From the IMG/VR virus record IMGVR_UViG_3300024262_000013: DNA of 64,000 bases; one strand, given 5' to 3'. Below, one piece after another: positions 18,300-27,483 of this stretch (within the stretch, counting starts at the first letter, position 1; each line of letters starts with the position of its first letter). The notes under the pieces were generated by a model, which saw nothing but the letters and a program-made list of their open reading frames with translations, had not been told where the DNA came from and did no database searches. Source of the stretch: a virus (taxonomy: Duplodnaviria; Caudoviricetes). The translations under genes were made by a program, and so were the position numbers.

Positions 18300-20063
18300 T
18301 CATCGTCTTACTGATATTTGATTTATAATTTGTTCCATAATGTCTCCTCTATCTTCGTTATCACCCATAACTGTCTCAAATATATTCTTTTTTCGAGACA
18401 AAATATCATAAATCGCCCCTTCAATAGAATTTTCAAAGATTGGGTAAAATACTGAAACATTTGAATTTTGACCATATCGATATGCCCTATCTTCGGCTTG
18501 TGAGTGGTCTGAAGGTACAAAAGATAAGTCATTCATTATAACGGCTTCCGCAGCCGTTAATGTTATACCAACACCAGCAGCTTTTAAATTACCGACAAAG
18601 ACTTTAATTTTATCATTTTCTTGGAATTGGTCTACCGAGTTTTGTCTGGCAATTTTACTCATTTTTCCATCTAACTTAACCGCTTTGTTCCCGAAATGGT
18701 CGGTTATTCTATTTAAAACGTTAGTAAAATTTGTGAATACAATAACTTTTTTCCCCTGCTCAATTATATTTTCAACTAATTCACAGGTCTCATTGACTTT
18801 ACTCTCAGCGATGACTTGTCTTACTTTCATTAGTTTAGAGAATTGAACGGTTAATGATTTCTGTTCACTGTCATCTTCAATCCAATTATAATATTCACCC
18901 ATTAGTCCTTCATAGTCTCTAGACTTTAAATTTAAATAAATTGGTGTAATTATTTTATCAGGTAAATCTAAAATGTCTTGTTTTAATCTTCGTAGTACAT
19001 GGGTTTTAGTTCTATCACGTAGTTCAGTTAAATTAGATGACCCATTTACGTTCCAAACTCTACGGTTACCTACATTAAATTGGTACCCCTCACAATATCT
19101 AATAACATAAGCCATCCAATTATATGCAACGGGGGACTCAACTAAATTTAGTAAATTATAATAATTTATAGGTCTCGATGTCATTGGGGTTCCCGTTAAT
19201 AACCACACTTTACCTATTGAATTAATTATGTCGTTAATAAGTTTAGTTCGTTTAGCTTGTACATTTTGTATATAATGGGCCTCATCCACAACTACTAAAT
19301 CAAACCCTTCTTGTAGAATAATAGATTCTTCTTTATTTTTTAAGTCATGGAAATTTTTTAAAATATCGTAATTTATTATTACAAAGTCGGCGCTCTCCCA
19401 TTTCTTACCCTCAACAATTGATATTGTTTTATCAGTATAATTTTCAATTTCTCTTTTCCAATTAAATTTTAAAGATGCCGGACAAACAATTAAAACTCTT
19501 TCTACTCCAGATTCTAAAGCGGCTATTACTGTAGAAGTAGTTTTACCTAAACCCATATCATCCGCTAAAATATATTTATCATGTGTTGCCAATTTTTCAA
19601 TTGACTCTATCTGATGTTCTAACGGTGGACGATGAGAATATTTTGAATAGTCAATCGATACTTTTAGGTTCTCTTGAGTTTTAATCAATGATACACGAGG
19701 TAACCAAAATGAGTGTAATTTTTCACTCTCAAAGATTTTACCCCAAATGTGAAAGGACTTATCTTTTTCAACTAAAAGTTTTTCAACAAATATTTTTTCA
19801 GGTACTTTTGTAAGTAACTTATCCTCCATCATTTTTTTACCAAAATAACTATCTAAATCAACCCATTTTCTTGCTATTTTTGGGACAAGATTATGGTAAG
19901 TATTAATATAGTCTGATTGGGCTCTTGTGAGTTTAAAATGTTTCTGTTCTCTAAACTTCTTTTGAATAGATTGTATATAGTTATTGAACCCATCGTATAC
20001 TTCTAATATACGTTGAGCCCTTACTTCAGGTATTTTGGATAATTTATCTTTATTACTTTCCAT
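18300..20063 (-). CDS. SNF2-family (SMARCAL1/HARP-like) helicase/translocase
   Basis: ADDMGLGKT, IVCPASLKFNW, DEAHY, LTGTP, AAGVGITL, QAEDRAYRYGQ. Probable start ATG 20063 (ORF track extends to 20087). Confidence 0.9.
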   Translation of the reverse strand: MESNKDKLSKIPEVRAQRILEVYDGFNNYIQSIQKKFREQKHFKLTRAQSDYINTYHNLVPKIARKWVDLDSYFGKKMMEDKLLTKVPEKIFVEKLLVEKDKSFHIWGKIFESEKLHSFWLPRVSLIKTQENLKVSIDYSKYSHRPPLEHQIESIEKLATHDKYILADDMGLGKTTSTVIAALESGVERVLIVCPASLKFNWKREIENYTDKTISIVEGKKWESADFVIINYDILKNFHDLKNKEESIILQEGFDLVVVDEAHYIQNVQAKRTKLINDIINSIGKVWLLTGTPMTSRPINYYNLLNLVESPVAYNWMAYVIRYCEGYQFNVGNRRVWNVNGSSNLTELRDRTKTHVLRRLKQDILDLPDKIITPIYLNLKSRDYEGLMGEYYNWIEDDSEQKSLTVQFSKLMKVRQVIAESKVNETCELVENIIEQGKKVIVFTNFTNVLNRITDHFGNKAVKLDGKMSKIARQNSVDQFQENDKIKVFVGNLKAAGVGITLTAAEAVIMNDLSFVPSDHSQAEDRAYRYGQNSNVSVFYPIFENSIEGAIYDILSRKKNIFETVMGDNEDRGDIMEQIINQISVRR

Positions 20064-20077
20064 ATTGAGATATTTAT

Positions 20078-20106
20078 AATATAACAATAAACTATGTATT
20101 TATCAA
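20078..20106 (-). promoter_or_regulatory. Putative host-RNAP promoter for the SNF2 helicase
   Basis: Minus strand reads TTGATA-17-TATATT with TG-n immediately before the -10 box. Confidence 0.5.
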
Positions 20107-20109
20107 TAT

Positions 20110-20625
20110 ATGAGTAACAGAAAGATACCTATAACACGATTAGAGAAGTTTTTTGGGTCCGAAGATTTTGGTTTAGAACAAAGTATGGGTCGAGAATGGC
20201 TTGAGGGTGACATGCATTTTACTATAGTTTTATATCGGGTTGACCGACAAAAAACAAAAACTGACGATGTTTATGGTGAATCATTAGAAGATGGAATACA
20301 ATTTTTACCACCTGTAGAGTTTAAAGGTTATGTTACCATTGAGTCACCTGATAATCAAAATTATGCTAGTTCTAACTTATCTCAAATGGAGCCCGGGAAC
20401 TTAAAAGTGGGTGTCTATCAAGAATCATTAGATGAGTTAAATATCGACATTGATTATGGTGATTACTTAGGGTATTATGAAACTGAGGACCGAGTAAGAT
20501 ATTATTCAGTTGTAAATGACGGCCGAGTTGTTAGTGATAATAAACATACGTATGGAGGTTACAAACCTTTCTACCGAAGTATAATTGCGGCACCTGTTAA
20601 TGACGGTGAATTTAGAGGGATATGA
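20110..20625 (+). CDS. Head-closure/neck protein (T4 gp14-like)
   Basis: VLYRVD...DDVYGES...FLPPVEFKGYV resembles gp14; located near the gp13-like and tail-terminator genes. Confidence 0.55.
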   Translation: MSNRKIPITRLEKFFGSEDFGLEQSMGREWLEGDMHFTIVLYRVDRQKTKTDDVYGESLEDGIQFLPPVEFKGYVTIESPDNQNYASSNLSQMEPGNLKVGVYQESLDELNIDIDYGDYLGYYETEDRVRYYSVVNDGRVVSDNKHTYGGYKPFYRSIIAAPVNDGEFRGI

Positions 20626-21182
20626 AAAAATTAATAAAAGAGATAAATTTAATTAAAAGTTGTATGGTACATATGTGTGAAGGTATCGAGGGCGAAAAAG
20701 TTGTGTGTGATGATTGTGGTTGGTCTTGGGATTTAAGTGACGGTGGGGATGACCCATATATTTGTCATAAATGTGGTAACAATAATCAAGAGGTAAACTA
20801 CGTAGGTGAAAAAGTTATGGTTTATTATAATTTACATAAACACACATTTTCAGTTTCATATAAGGGTAAAATTGTTATGTATGCCGATTACGTTAAATTA
20901 AATGACGTAGAGTTTAGAGTTAGACAGGGAGGAAAAGAAAAAGTAAGGGATGAGATGAGAAAAAATGTCCACGCGTTTGTTATCGGAACCTTAGTGGAGT
21001 TTTGTAATTACCCGTGTGAAGATTTACCCGATGAGCCAAATGAAAACATAATCACTTATAATCCGTATAAGTACGATTCATTCGTCAGAAAGGGAAGTGA
21101 AAAACCAATCTATAACGCTAATGAGGTTGAGATGATTAACTCTAAAAATAAAGTTTTTTTTATAAGTGAAAATAAAAAATAA
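20622..21182 (+). CDS. Hypothetical phage protein with N-terminal Zn ribbon
   Basis: CDDCGW...YICHKCG followed by VYYNLHKHTFSV...RKNVHAFVIG. Confidence 0.6.
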   Translation: MKKLIKEINLIKSCMVHMCEGIEGEKVVCDDCGWSWDLSDGGDDPYICHKCGNNNQEVNYVGEKVMVYYNLHKHTFSVSYKGKIVMYADYVKLNDVEFRVRQGGKEKVRDEMRKNVHAFVIGTLVEFCNYPCEDLPDEPNENIITYNPYKYDSFVRKGSEKPIYNANEVEMINSKNKVFFISENKK

Positions 21183-22222
21183 TGGGATTACCTAAAAACG
21201 TAAAGAAACATTTACCCTTAACTCTCAATAAGATTCTGCTTAAAAGGAGGGAAGAGTTGTTGGAACAAATTGAAGAAAATGGGACTTACTTACCTAAATC
21301 TATTCTACACGCCGATTTAGATAGGGGTATGTTAGATTTCGTAAAGAATGAATTAGGTATTTCAGTAAACGGTAAAAATATAAGTAATATTGATTTAATT
21401 ATTACTACCCAAAATTGGGCACAATTTACTGAAACATGGAATTTTCAAGATTTAGATAAAAATATACAACCACCCTTTGTTGCCACAGTTAGAAATCCTG
21501 ATGTTAAATTTGGGACTAACCCATCCTTACAATATACAATACCTAATCGTAGACAATTTTACTACGCTAAAGTACCCACATGGGATGGTCAAAGAAAGGG
21601 TATGGACATTTACAAGATACCCCAACCTGTGCCCGTAGATATAACATTTAACGTTAAAATATTCTGTAATAGAATGAGGGAACTGAATGATTTTAATAAA
21701 AAAGTCTTACAGAAATTTTCATCAAGACAAGCATATACCGAAATAAAGGGACATTATATCCCAATGATTTTAAACAGTTCGTCTGATGAATCTGTTTTAG
21801 AATTGGAGAAAAGAAAGTATTACGTACAAAGTTATGAATTTCTAATGATGGGGTTTCTATTGGATGAAGAAGAGTTTGAGGTTTCACCGGCAATTTCAAG
21901 AACCGCAACTATCTTTGAGGTTGACACATTGAATACTGGTCGGAAAGTAGAGAAGTATCCTTCTAATCCAAATAATTTTGATTTAGACATACGTTTTATT
22001 AATGGCGTTACATCTTTAACGGAGACTTATAGGTATGAGATTAACTTATCTATTTTAGAGAGTACTAATGTCGATAGTTACTCCACATACATTAATGGTA
22101 ATTATATTGGTGACGATGTTCCGGTTATTAAGGTTTCAACTAATGACTCAATCAAAATTGATGTAGTAAAGAATGATAATAGTAAGGAGTCAGTTTTAAA
22201 AGCTAAAGCTCGTTTACTTTAG
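21182..22222 (+). CDS. Tail terminator/sheath stabiliser (T4 gp15-like)
   Basis: PQPVPVDITFNVKIFC resembles the gp15 PVP-x-x-x-x-F/Y motif; lies just upstream of the sheath gene. Confidence 0.65.
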   Translation: MGLPKNVKKHLPLTLNKILLKRREELLEQIEENGTYLPKSILHADLDRGMLDFVKNELGISVNGKNISNIDLIITTQNWAQFTETWNFQDLDKNIQPPFVATVRNPDVKFGTNPSLQYTIPNRRQFYYAKVPTWDGQRKGMDIYKIPQPVPVDITFNVKIFCNRMRELNDFNKKVLQKFSSRQAYTEIKGHYIPMILNSSSDESVLELEKRKYYVQSYEFLMMGFLLDEEEFEVSPAISRTATIFEVDTLNTGRKVEKYPSNPNNFDLDIRFINGVTSLTETYRYEINLSILESTNVDSYSTYINGNYIGDDVPVIKVSTNDSIKIDVVKNDNSKESVLKAKARLL

Positions 22223-22372
22223 TTACTCACCATAAATATCCTTTTCTTCTTTACACTTTTCTTCAATTAATTTCTCAATGAATTTATATAACGTAAAACC
22301 GTGTTTTTTACAGTAGAGTTTTAATGTCTCATGAGACTCAGGTGAAATTTTTATGTTTTTTATTTTACTCAT
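22223..22372 (-). CDS. Small ribbon-helix-helix (CopG/Arc-like) DNA-binding protein, 49 aa
   Basis: Manual translation MSKIKNIKISPESHETLKLYCKKHGFTLYKFIEKLIEEKCKEEKDIYGE* shows an alternating beta strand followed by two helices with the turn Gly. Below the ORF-track cutoff. Confidence 0.65.
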   Translation of the reverse strand: MSKIKNIKISPESHETLKLYCKKHGFTLYKFIEKLIEEKCKEEKDIYGE

Positions 22373-22507
22373 AGGTGTTTTTTTAAAAAGGTAGAAAAAA
22401 GGTAGAAGTTTTTCATACTCTTTATAAATATAGTCTTAACATAATAGTTTTTTGGTATTTTTCATAATATTTATCAATAAATAAAAACTTAAGAAAAAAA
22501 TTACACA

Positions 22508-25500
22508 ATGGCAACATCTAACAAAGTATTTGTATCTCCGGGTGTTTATACATCAGAAAGAGATTTAAGTTTTGTAGCACAAAGTGTGGGAGTCACAACT
22601 CTTGGGTTAGTAGGTGAAACAATTTCGGGACCAGCGTTCGAGCCGATTTTCATAACTAATTACGATGAGTTCCAATCCTATTTTGGTGGTACAAATCCAA
22701 CTAAATTCGTAAATACTCAGATACCTAAGTACGAGGCAGCTTACATAGCGAAATCATATCTACAACAATCAAATCAATTGTTTGTTACTAGAGTACTTGG
22801 TTTATCAGGGTACGACGCGGGGCCTTCATGGTCAATAACAACTATCGGTAACTTAGATAGCTCAGGTACAACGGCAACAGGCGTTTTAGGACCTTTCTCT
22901 ATTTCATTTACAGGAGTTTCAGGAACATCCACAAGTGTTGGAGTAAATTACTCAGCATTACCTATCAGTATTACGGATGTGATAACTAATCCATATACAA
23001 CATATACGGGTGGAGAGTCCTCTATTATTCGTGATATGGATAGATATTTATATTCGGAGATTGTAAATAACACGACTTCAGGAGAAACATCTTATTTTTG
23101 GGGAGCGGTAAGTGCCTCCACATTTAATAGTACTACAGGCGATACGGTTAATCAAACAGGGGCTCTTGGGTCAGTTAATACTAATGTATTTAATGTAGAA
23201 GATATTCTTTTTGAATCTTGTGATTTAACCGCATCGGTTAATGACCCATGGTATTACGCATTATTTACTGAAACTGCTAACGTGTATAACGGTACAGGTT
23301 TTGGTATGGGTGTAACATCAATGACGAATGTAGGTCTTAACTTCCAAGGTACGGCTAAAGTTTATGTAACAAGCTATTCGGGTACACCATATAGCGGTTA
23401 CCACGATGTGGTAGTTGCAACTTTACGTTCAAGAGGTATAGATAACTATACAAATGATGACGGACCAGTTTATGAGGTATCAGGGGTAACTGACGTTCTT
23501 TTAGATTGTACAGGAGCGTATTCTGGTATATCCACTAATCCTTTTTCGACTTTTGCAGTCTCTGCAACAACTACCGATGGAGATAACTTTATATTCCAAA
23601 CATCATTTAACTTATCTAGTTCAAACTACCTTTCAAAGGTATTTGGTAAATCAAATTTTGCGAAACCGAAATCAGAGGTACCATTATTTGTTGAGGAAGA
23701 ATATTATAACTTATTAAATACGGGGTATCGTTTAGGTAAAGTCCGTGGATTAAGTTGTGACCTAGTTGATTTACCAAGTGCTAGACAAGATTTAGCAACC
23801 AATACAAGTATCGGATGGTACTTAGAAAGATACCAAACACCTGAAACACCTTATTTCGTTTCTGAATTAAGAGGTAATCAAGTTTACAATATGTTTAAGG
23901 TATTAACCATATCTGATGGTAACACCGCAAATAGAGAGATAAAAGTCTCTATTATGAACATTTCATTTAATAATGGGACATTCGATGTAGTTGTACGTGA
24001 TTTCTTCGATACCGATGCTAACCCAGTAGTTTTAGAGAAATTTACTAACTGTACTATGGATATGAATCAAAATAGTTTTGTAGCTAAAAGAATTGGTACA
24101 TCTAATGGGGAGTTTGAGTTAAGGTCAAGATTTATAATGTTAGAGATGAATGAGGACGCACCTTATGACTCACTACCTTGTGGTTTCCGTGGATACCAAA
24201 CTAGACAATACTCAGGAGTTAATTCACCATTCTTAGAATATAAAACAAAATACGACACACCAGGTGAAGTTATTTGGAACCCACCATTTGGTGCGGCGAC
24301 AGGTACTGACAATGAAACGAGAAGTTCAGGTGATAGAGTAAGAAGAACTTTCTTAGGTGTTTCAAACACCGTAGGGATTGATTCAGATTTCTTACAGTAT
24401 AAAGGAAAACAAAACCCTACAAATTTAGGGACCGCAACTGATTCACAACCATGGGGTTACCTTACTAAAGGTTACCATATGGATTCAGGAGCAACGGTTA
24501 TTATGATTTCTTCTAATTATATTACGTCAGGTGAAACGGCTTTTGAAGTTGGGGACGCGAGTTTCGATTCAGAACCAACTGAAGGTAGTCCATATTTTAG
24601 ATTAAATGCACGTAAGTTCACAGTAGTTCCATCAGGAGGTTTCGATGGATGGGATATTTATAGACAATATAGAACTAACGGTGACAGATATCAATTAGGA
24701 GCAGCAGGATTTAGAAAAGGGGCGGCACCATCGATAAGTTATCCAACCGCAACAGGATGGGGAGCGTTTAAACAAATTGTAGGACCAGACCAATTAACTT
24801 GGGCTAACACAGATTATTACGCTTACTTATGGGGTCAATATACATTTAATAATCCTGAATCAGTTAACATTAATGTGTTTACTACACCAGGTATTGATTA
24901 TGTAAATAACTCAAACTTAGTTGAGTCAGCAATTGATATGATTGAACAGGATAGAGCAGATTCAATTTATCTCTGTACTACACCTGACTATCAAATGTTT
25001 ACACCTTCATTAGGTAGTTTTGATACTGACTTTATTTACCCTGAAGAAGCGGTAGATAATTTAGTAGACACAGGAATAGACTCTAACTACACAGCAACTT
25101 ATTATCCATGGATACTTACGAGAGACACGGTTAATAATACACAAATATATCTTCCACCAACAGGTGAGGTTGCTAGGAACTTAGCATTAACTGATAATAT
25201 AGCTTTCCCATGGTTCGCATCTGCGGGTTACACAAGAGGTTTAGTTAACTCAGTTAAAGCACGTAAGAAGTTAACACAAGAAGATAGAGATGTACTATAC
25301 CAAGGTAGATTAAACCCAATTGCAACCTTCTCCGATGTTGGTACTGTAATATGGGGTAACAAAACTTTACAAGTTAAAGAATCTGCACTTGATAGAATAA
25401 ACGTTAGAAGATTACTACTACAAGCACGTAAATTAATTTCGGCTGTGGCGGTAAGATTATTGTTCGAACAAAATGACGAACAAGTAAGACAAGAATTCTT

Positions 25501-25702
25501 AGACTCAGTTAACCCTATCTTAGATAGTATTAGGAGAGACAGAGGTTTAATTGACTTTAGAGTTACAGTTTCAGGTACACCTGAAGATTTAGACTCTAAC
25601 ACGTTAACAGGTAAAATTTACTTGAAACCAACAAGAGCACTTGAATTTATTGATATTGAATTTTTGATTACTCCTACAGGAGCATCTTTTGAAGATATTT
25701 AA
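22508..25702 (+). CDS. Contractile tail sheath protein (gp18-like)
   Basis: FVSPGVYTSERD N-terminus; YYPW, PPTG, WFASAGYTRG, NPIATF, WGNKTL, RINVRRLL, IDIEFLITPTG C-terminus. Confidence 0.95.
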   Translation: MATSNKVFVSPGVYTSERDLSFVAQSVGVTTLGLVGETISGPAFEPIFITNYDEFQSYFGGTNPTKFVNTQIPKYEAAYIAKSYLQQSNQLFVTRVLGLSGYDAGPSWSITTIGNLDSSGTTATGVLGPFSISFTGVSGTSTSVGVNYSALPISITDVITNPYTTYTGGESSIIRDMDRYLYSEIVNNTTSGETSYFWGAVSASTFNSTTGDTVNQTGALGSVNTNVFNVEDILFESCDLTASVNDPWYYALFTETANVYNGTGFGMGVTSMTNVGLNFQGTAKVYVTSYSGTPYSGYHDVVVATLRSRGIDNYTNDDGPVYEVSGVTDVLLDCTGAYSGISTNPFSTFAVSATTTDGDNFIFQTSFNLSSSNYLSKVFGKSNFAKPKSEVPLFVEEEYYNLLNTGYRLGKVRGLSCDLVDLPSARQDLATNTSIGWYLERYQTPETPYFVSELRGNQVYNMFKVLTISDGNTANREIKVSIMNISFNNGTFDVVVRDFFDTDANPVVLEKFTNCTMDMNQNSFVAKRIGTSNGEFELRSRFIMLEMNEDAPYDSLPCGFRGYQTRQYSGVNSPFLEYKTKYDTPGEVIWNPPFGAATGTDNETRSSGDRVRRTFLGVSNTVGIDSDFLQYKGKQNPTNLGTATDSQPWGYLTKGYHMDSGATVIMISSNYITSGETAFEVGDASFDSEPTEGSPYFRLNARKFTVVPSGGFDGWDIYRQYRTNGDRYQLGAAGFRKGAAPSISYPTATGWGAFKQIVGPDQLTWANTDYYAYLWGQYTFNNPESVNINVFTTPGIDYVNNSNLVESAIDMIEQDRADSIYLCTTPDYQMFTPSLGSFDTDFIYPEEAVDNLVDTGIDSNYTATYYPWILTRDTVNNTQIYLPPTGEVARNLALTDNIAFPWFASAGYTRGLVNSVKARKKLTQEDRDVLYQGRLNPIATFSDVGTVIWGNKTLQVKESALDRINVRRLLLQARKLISAVAVRLLFEQNDEQVRQEFLDSVNPILDSIRRDRGLIDFRVTVSGTPEDLDSNTLTGKIYLKPTRALEFIDIEFLITPTGASFEDI

Positions 25703-25725
25703 TAACTAACTATATTTATAATAAA

Positions 25726-25749
25726 GAGGGGAGTTAATTCTCCCTTCTT
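25726..25749 (+). terminator. Weak hairpin after the sheath gene
   Basis: GAGGGGAG-ttaatt-CTCCCTTC stem with one G-U pair and only a short T tail. Confidence 0.35.
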
Positions 25750-25778
25750 AGCCAATTAAAAGTTTAAATAAAAATAAA

Positions 25779-25931
25779 ATGGAATTTAAGAAAAAAATAC
25801 TTAACGAAGCTTTAGACGTAAAGTCTAACGGTAGTAAGTCTTTCTCAGAAAAACCTCAGAATATTGTTATTTCTGAAACTCAACTAGAAAGATTAATAGA
25901 AAAAATTAATAAGAAACCAAATAGAAAATGA
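25779..25931 (+). CDS. Small hypothetical protein, 50 aa
   Basis: MEFKKKILNEALDVKSNGSKSFSEKPQNIVISETQLERLIEKINKKPNRK*; ATGA overlap with the next gene; not in the ORF track. Confidence 0.6.
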   Translation: MEFKKKILNEALDVKSNGSKSFSEKPQNIVISETQLERLIEKINKKPNRK

Positions 25932-26779
25932 GTTTAAAGGGAGTCATAAGGGAATTTTTTAGCGAAAGGTTACTACGTGAAGGGTTTGACCCTGAAGGTA
26001 ATCCAGACTTAAAATATTATGCGTTCGACTGGGACGATAACATCGCTACGATGCCGACCCAAATTTTAGTATTAACTGACAATGATGAAGAGGTAGGTAT
26101 GTCTACTGAAGATTTCGCAGATTATCGAAGTATGATAGGTAAAGAGCCTTTTGAATACAAAGGTAAGATGATTGTGGGATACTCTAAGGACCCTTATAAG
26201 AATTTCGGTATACAAGGTGATAACGCATTTATAATTGATTCTATGTTAGCTAAACCAGGTCCATCATGGGGTGATTTTGTTGAAGCGATAAATGGGGGTT
26301 CCATTTTTTCAATAATCACCGCTAGAGGTCACACACCTTCAGTTTTACGTGAAGCTATTTATAATATGATAGTTACTGACCATAATGGTATTAGTAAGGA
26401 ATCTTTAATTGACAACCTTAAAAAATATCGTAATATTACGGGTGACGACAGAGAAAATTACTTCGGTATGATTAACGACTATTTGGACCTTAATAGGTAT
26501 TACCCCGTAACTTACGGTGAAGGTGATGCTGCTGACCCTGAAGAAGGGAAGATTAAAGCTTTACGTGAATTTATCTCTTATGTTAGAGATATAAGTAAGA
26601 AAATTGGTAAAGAAGCCTTTCTTAAAAATGATATAAAAAATAATTTTGTACCAATGATTGGGTTTTCTGATGATGACCCAGGCAATGTAGAAAAAATTAA
26701 AGCCTTTTTAAATAAAGAATATAAAGATAAACCAGTTAAAACATATTTAACTAAAGGAGGAAATAAAAAAGAAGTATAA
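25928..26779 (+). CDS. HAD-superfamily phosphatase-like protein
   Basis: YAFDWDDNI (motif I), IITARGH (motif II), K of KIKAL (motif III candidate), GFSDDD (motif IV). Confidence 0.65.
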   Translation: MSLKGVIREFFSERLLREGFDPEGNPDLKYYAFDWDDNIATMPTQILVLTDNDEEVGMSTEDFADYRSMIGKEPFEYKGKMIVGYSKDPYKNFGIQGDNAFIIDSMLAKPGPSWGDFVEAINGGSIFSIITARGHTPSVLREAIYNMIVTDHNGISKESLIDNLKKYRNITGDDRENYFGMINDYLDLNRYYPVTYGEGDAADPEEGKIKALREFISYVRDISKKIGKEAFLKNDIKNNFVPMIGFSDDDPGNVEKIKAFLNKEYKDKPVKTYLTKGGNKKEV

Positions 26780-26901
26780 TAATTATTATTATTTTATTTG
26801 CTCTAGTAGATTACTGAAAAAAAAATAAAAGTAAATAGAAAAACTTTTAAACTGGATATTTATAATTAAATAAACTAAAAGAAATATAAAACCAAAATAC
26901 A

Positions 26902-27390
26902 ATGGCAGACTTATTAATGAAAATGCCCGTTCCTTATGAACCAAAAAGAAAGAATAGATTTATCTTATCTTTTCCATCTTCATTGGGGATTAATTCTTGG
27001 TATGTTGAGTCTACATCAAGACCTAACATCCAAATCGGGTCCACAGAAATTCCTTTTCTAAACACATCCACTTACGTGGCAGGTAGATTTACCTGGAACA
27101 CAATAAACGTTACTTTCCGTGACCCAATCGGTCCATCAGCCTCACAAGCTTTAATGGAGTGGGTTAGACTACACTCAGAGTCCGTTACAGGCCGTATGGG
27201 ATACGCAGCAGGTTATAAGAAAGATTTAGACTTAGAGATGTTAGACCCAACAGGGGTAGCAGTTGAGAAATGGATATTACAAGGGACATTCTTAACTGAC
27301 GTTAATTTCGACAGTTTAGGTTATAGTGACGATGCGTTAGCGACAATTACAGCAACATTACGTCCTGATAGATGTATTTTGGTGTACTAA
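26902..27390 (+). CDS. Tail tube protein (gp19-like)
   Basis: YEPKRKNRF, RPNI, YVAGRFTWNTINVTFRDPI, YKKDLDLEMLDPTG, EKWILQGTF, DSLGY, ITATLRPDRC. Confidence 0.9.
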   Translation: MADLLMKMPVPYEPKRKNRFILSFPSSLGINSWYVESTSRPNIQIGSTEIPFLNTSTYVAGRFTWNTINVTFRDPIGPSASQALMEWVRLHSESVTGRMGYAAGYKKDLDLEMLDPTGVAVEKWILQGTFLTDVNFDSLGYSDDALATITATLRPDRCILVY

Positions 27391-27402
27391 TAGAAACAAG
27401 TA

Positions 27403-27430
27403 TTGATAATAAAACAATCAATAGTATATT
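27403..27430 (+). promoter_or_regulatory. Putative promoter upstream of the tail chaperone
   Basis: TTGATA-16-TATATT (TTG-N19-TA), same architecture as the sites at 20078-20106 and 43087-43114. Confidence 0.35.
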
Positions 27431-27431
27431 T

Positions 27432-27467
27432 AAAACCATAGAGGTCATTGAACTTCTATGGTTTTTT
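27432..27467 (+). terminator. Rho-independent terminator after the tail tube gene
   Basis: AAAACCATAGAGG...CTTCTATGGTTTT stem followed by a T-run. Confidence 0.75.
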
Positions 27468-27483
27468 ATTTTAATAAACAATT

